From IMG/VR virus record IMGVR_UViG_3300045988_011398: a DNA stretch of 64,000 bases. The stretch is one strand, 5' to 3'. The stretch is from a virus. Position numbers and translations under genes: made by a program. Positions 62,065 through 64,000 of the stretch are shown in pieces (within the stretch, counting starts at the first letter, position 1; the number at the start of each line of letters is the position of its first letter). A model generated the notes under the pieces. The model ran no database searches. It saw only the letters and a list, made by a program, of their open reading frames with translations, and was not told where the DNA came from.

Positions 62065-62526
62065 ATGGGACAGAAATGGCAATATTACGGTTTATTTCTT
62101 AATAAAGAGGCAAAAATACAATTATTTACAATGGTAGTAGCGAATTTTTTGAATAATATTAAGAACCCCAACAAAGTATGTTTGGACCATTGTACTTTAT
62201 TGCATAAATCTCAATTAGACAATGATAATACCATATTCCTTAATAGATGTATAAAATCCAGACTTGATTATCTATTGGAGAATAATATAATCAGAGCTAA
62301 ATTGATGATTACCTCAGTAGGTATATCTGAAAAAGCTATGGCTTTCAAAGTTATAATTCTTAATAATAATGAGGGAATATATGACTATGAAATCTGTGCT
62401 AACGAGATACCACATATTACTATTTGCACATTTAATGGTGGTAAGCCAGTAGATAGTAATAATATTGTTAAGTGGCATGATTTAGATGAGCCTATAGAGA
62501 TTGAAACAACACTAAAAAGAGTATAA
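62065..62526 (+). CDS. 2H phosphoesterase superfamily protein (153 aa), Acb1-like or LigT-like
   Basis: Two H-h-T-h motifs: LDHCTLL (H42/T44) and IPHITIC (H117/T119). The N-terminal strand YYGLFL resembles the first strand of LigT-type enzymes. Confidence 0.6.
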   Translation: MGQKWQYYGLFLNKEAKIQLFTMVVANFLNNIKNPNKVCLDHCTLLHKSQLDNDNTIFLNRCIKSRLDYLLENNIIRAKLMITSVGISEKAMAFKVIILNNNEGIYDYEICANEIPHITICTFNGGKPVDSNNIVKWHDLDEPIEIETTLKRV

Positions 62527-62527
62527 A

Positions 62528-62854
62528 ATGAAAATAACTTCACTACAACAATTAAAAGACTGGAATAATCAATATGCTGTTGGTTCAACTTTTAGAAAAG
62601 AACATGATGAAGCTAAATTTCCTATCTTATTAGAATGGTTTCTTGATTGGTTCTTTGAAGAAGCTTTATTAGATATAGAAGTAGCAAGAGAGGCTTTTAA
62701 TGAATATGTAAATTTTGCCTATATATGTACAGAGCTTCCACCAGAAGCTTCTCTTGGAAGGTGCTTACATAACCTTAATTATTGGTATGATAGAGCATCC
62801 TATTATAATTCAAGAGCAAAACAATTTAAGAAATTTAAGGCAGAGTGTTTATAA
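62528..62854 (+). CDS. uncharacterised protein (108 aa)
   Basis: ATG start 1 nt after the upstream stop. Trp/Phe-rich. Confidence 0.45.
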   Translation: MKITSLQQLKDWNNQYAVGSTFRKEHDEAKFPILLEWFLDWFFEEALLDIEVAREAFNEYVNFAYICTELPPEASLGRCLHNLNYWYDRASYYNSRAKQFKKFKAECL

Positions 62855-62874
62855 ATTAATAATTTGATATACAA

Positions 62875-63408
62875 ATGAACAAGAAACTAAGATTGCTTGT
62901 TACGACAGATTGTCCTAACAAGTGCCCTATGTGCTGCAATAATCAGTTTGATTTCAGCAAACTGCCTGTAGTAGATAGGTGGAATTATGATGAAATCATG
63001 ATTACTGGAGGTGAACCTTTGTTGTTTACAGATACTTTAGTAGAGGTATTAATTTCCATAAAAGAATTAAGTTCTCTCACTGGAAACCATCCTAAACTAT
63101 TTATTTATACTGCTGATTGCACTAACAAGATTATTAAAGTCTTACCCCATGTTGATGGTATAGTACTTACTCCACACAAGCAATCAGATATTGTACACTT
63201 TATTGAACTAAATAAGTTCATACTTGTACATAAGACCCAATTTTATATCCGAGATACATCACTTAGATTAAATCTTTTTCCTGACATGAAAGCCCTCTTA
63301 CCTAAAGATATTGATTTATCATTATGGGAAGTAAAAGATATGGAGTGGATAGAAAACTGTCCAGTTCCAGAGGGTGAGGACTTCAGGAGAATAGCTAATT
63401 TATGGTAA
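62875..63408 (+). CDS. small radical-SAM protein (177 aa), activase/QueE-sized
   Basis: CPNKCPMC is a CX3CX2C motif (nt 62911-62934). ITGGEPLL is the glycine-rich SAM motif. Confidence 0.6.
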   Translation: MNKKLRLLVTTDCPNKCPMCCNNQFDFSKLPVVDRWNYDEIMITGGEPLLFTDTLVEVLISIKELSSLTGNHPKLFIYTADCTNKIIKVLPHVDGIVLTPHKQSDIVHFIELNKFILVHKTQFYIRDTSLRLNLFPDMKALLPKDIDLSLWEVKDMEWIENCPVPEGEDFRRIANLW

Positions 63409-63734
63409 TAATTCAAAACAGAAATACAATGAGAAAATGGACAGAAGAGGATAAGAATATCCTCCTTGAGGAAATCTCAAATGACCCAAGTAACTTACAG
63501 AATGTCTTCAGAAGAACTGCTGAAAGAATAGGCAGGACTAAAGCCGCAGTTGCAACATACTGGTATCAGGTACTTGCTCCTAAGAACAGAAATAACAGGA
63601 GTAATACTGCATTCATGTCCTACAGTAAAGGCAGCATAAACAGCAATAGGAAAATATCCAGAGAGAATACTCAACAGCCTGTTGCAGTAAGAAGGAGCAA
63701 ATGGAGAAGAATACTTGATATAATCTTTGAATAA
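63402..63734 (+). CDS. Myb/SANT-like DNA-binding protein (110 aa; alternative start 63429)
   Basis: KWTEEDKNILLEEI...RTAERIGRTKAAVATYWYQVL fits the W-x(n)-W/Y Myb repeat pattern. Confidence 0.5.
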   Translation: MVIIQNRNTMRKWTEEDKNILLEEISNDPSNLQNVFRRTAERIGRTKAAVATYWYQVLAPKNRNNRSNTAFMSYSKGSINSNRKISRENTQQPVAVRRSKWRRILDIIFE

Positions 63735-64000
63735 GATTGGATTGGGGCATGATTTGGTTTTGATTGCTGATTATCAGGTAAGAGAACATGCAGAGACTGA
63801 TGGAGAGACATCAAACAATTAACTGGCAATACTTCTTATAGAGTTGCTGCCTAAACATAGGCTGAGCAGCACTTGCTTGGAAACAGAAAGGTGCAATAGT
63901 GGTGGATTTTCCTTATTTATCTGACCCTGACAAGTTAAATAAGGTGGTGGAATGGTATGTCAATCCGGGCAACCCCAGTAGATAACCAACTGCACATCAA

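Noticed and set aside
1-64000. Stop-codon reassignment (TAG or TGA recoding), as seen in some crAss-like lineages.
   Set aside because: ORFs of 2332, 2304, 1582, 1345 and 1263 aa are intact in the standard code. All three stops are used as terminators. None of the 30 tRNAs has a CTA, TCA or TTA anticodon. The ORF-free interval has all three stops in every frame.

Overview
This 64-kb window looks like one contiguous piece of a crAss-like (Crassvirales-type) phage genome from a Bacteroidota host. All calls rest on motifs read by eye, gene order and hand-folded RNAs; no search tools were available, and hand-derived RNA or hairpin coordinates may be off by 1-2 nt. Layout: (1) 29-11068 (+) holds a giant RNA polymerase with a DFDVD catalytic motif (its N-terminus may lie upstream of the window) plus a coupled 1345-aa ORF. 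(2) A minus-strand late block (11151-54128) converges on it across a perfect 13-bp bidirectional terminator. In transcription order this block carries small DNA-binding and chaperone-like ORFs, TerL, portal, collagen-like fibre proteins, a 1263-aa fibre with SGNH-esterase motifs, a lysis-like cassette, a candidate major capsid protein, many structural ORFs, and giant proteins of 1582, 834, 561 and 2304 aa. The 2304-aa protein carries a RecB-type nuclease signature and a C-terminal HExxH zincin. (3) A minus-strand array of 29 tRNA genes (54147-57493) covers all 20 amino acids. It contains no suppressor anticodon, is interrupted by a Dps/ferritin-like ORF, and has four non-tRNA spacers. (4) An accessory or early-type region (57.8-64 kb) contains a membrane HExxH protein, a roughly 1-kb ORF-free stretch with duplicated terminator-plus-repeat modules, and a plus-strand tRNA-like element. 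It also holds a second tRNA-Arg(TCT) and an A+T-rich cassette encoding a 153-aa 2H phosphoesterase, a 177-aa radical-SAM protein and a Myb-like protein. Nine minus-strand promoters fit the Bacteroidota TTG-N20-TAnnTTTG pattern with invariant 20-nt spacing; I found none on the plus strand. Every long ORF is intact in the standard genetic code.
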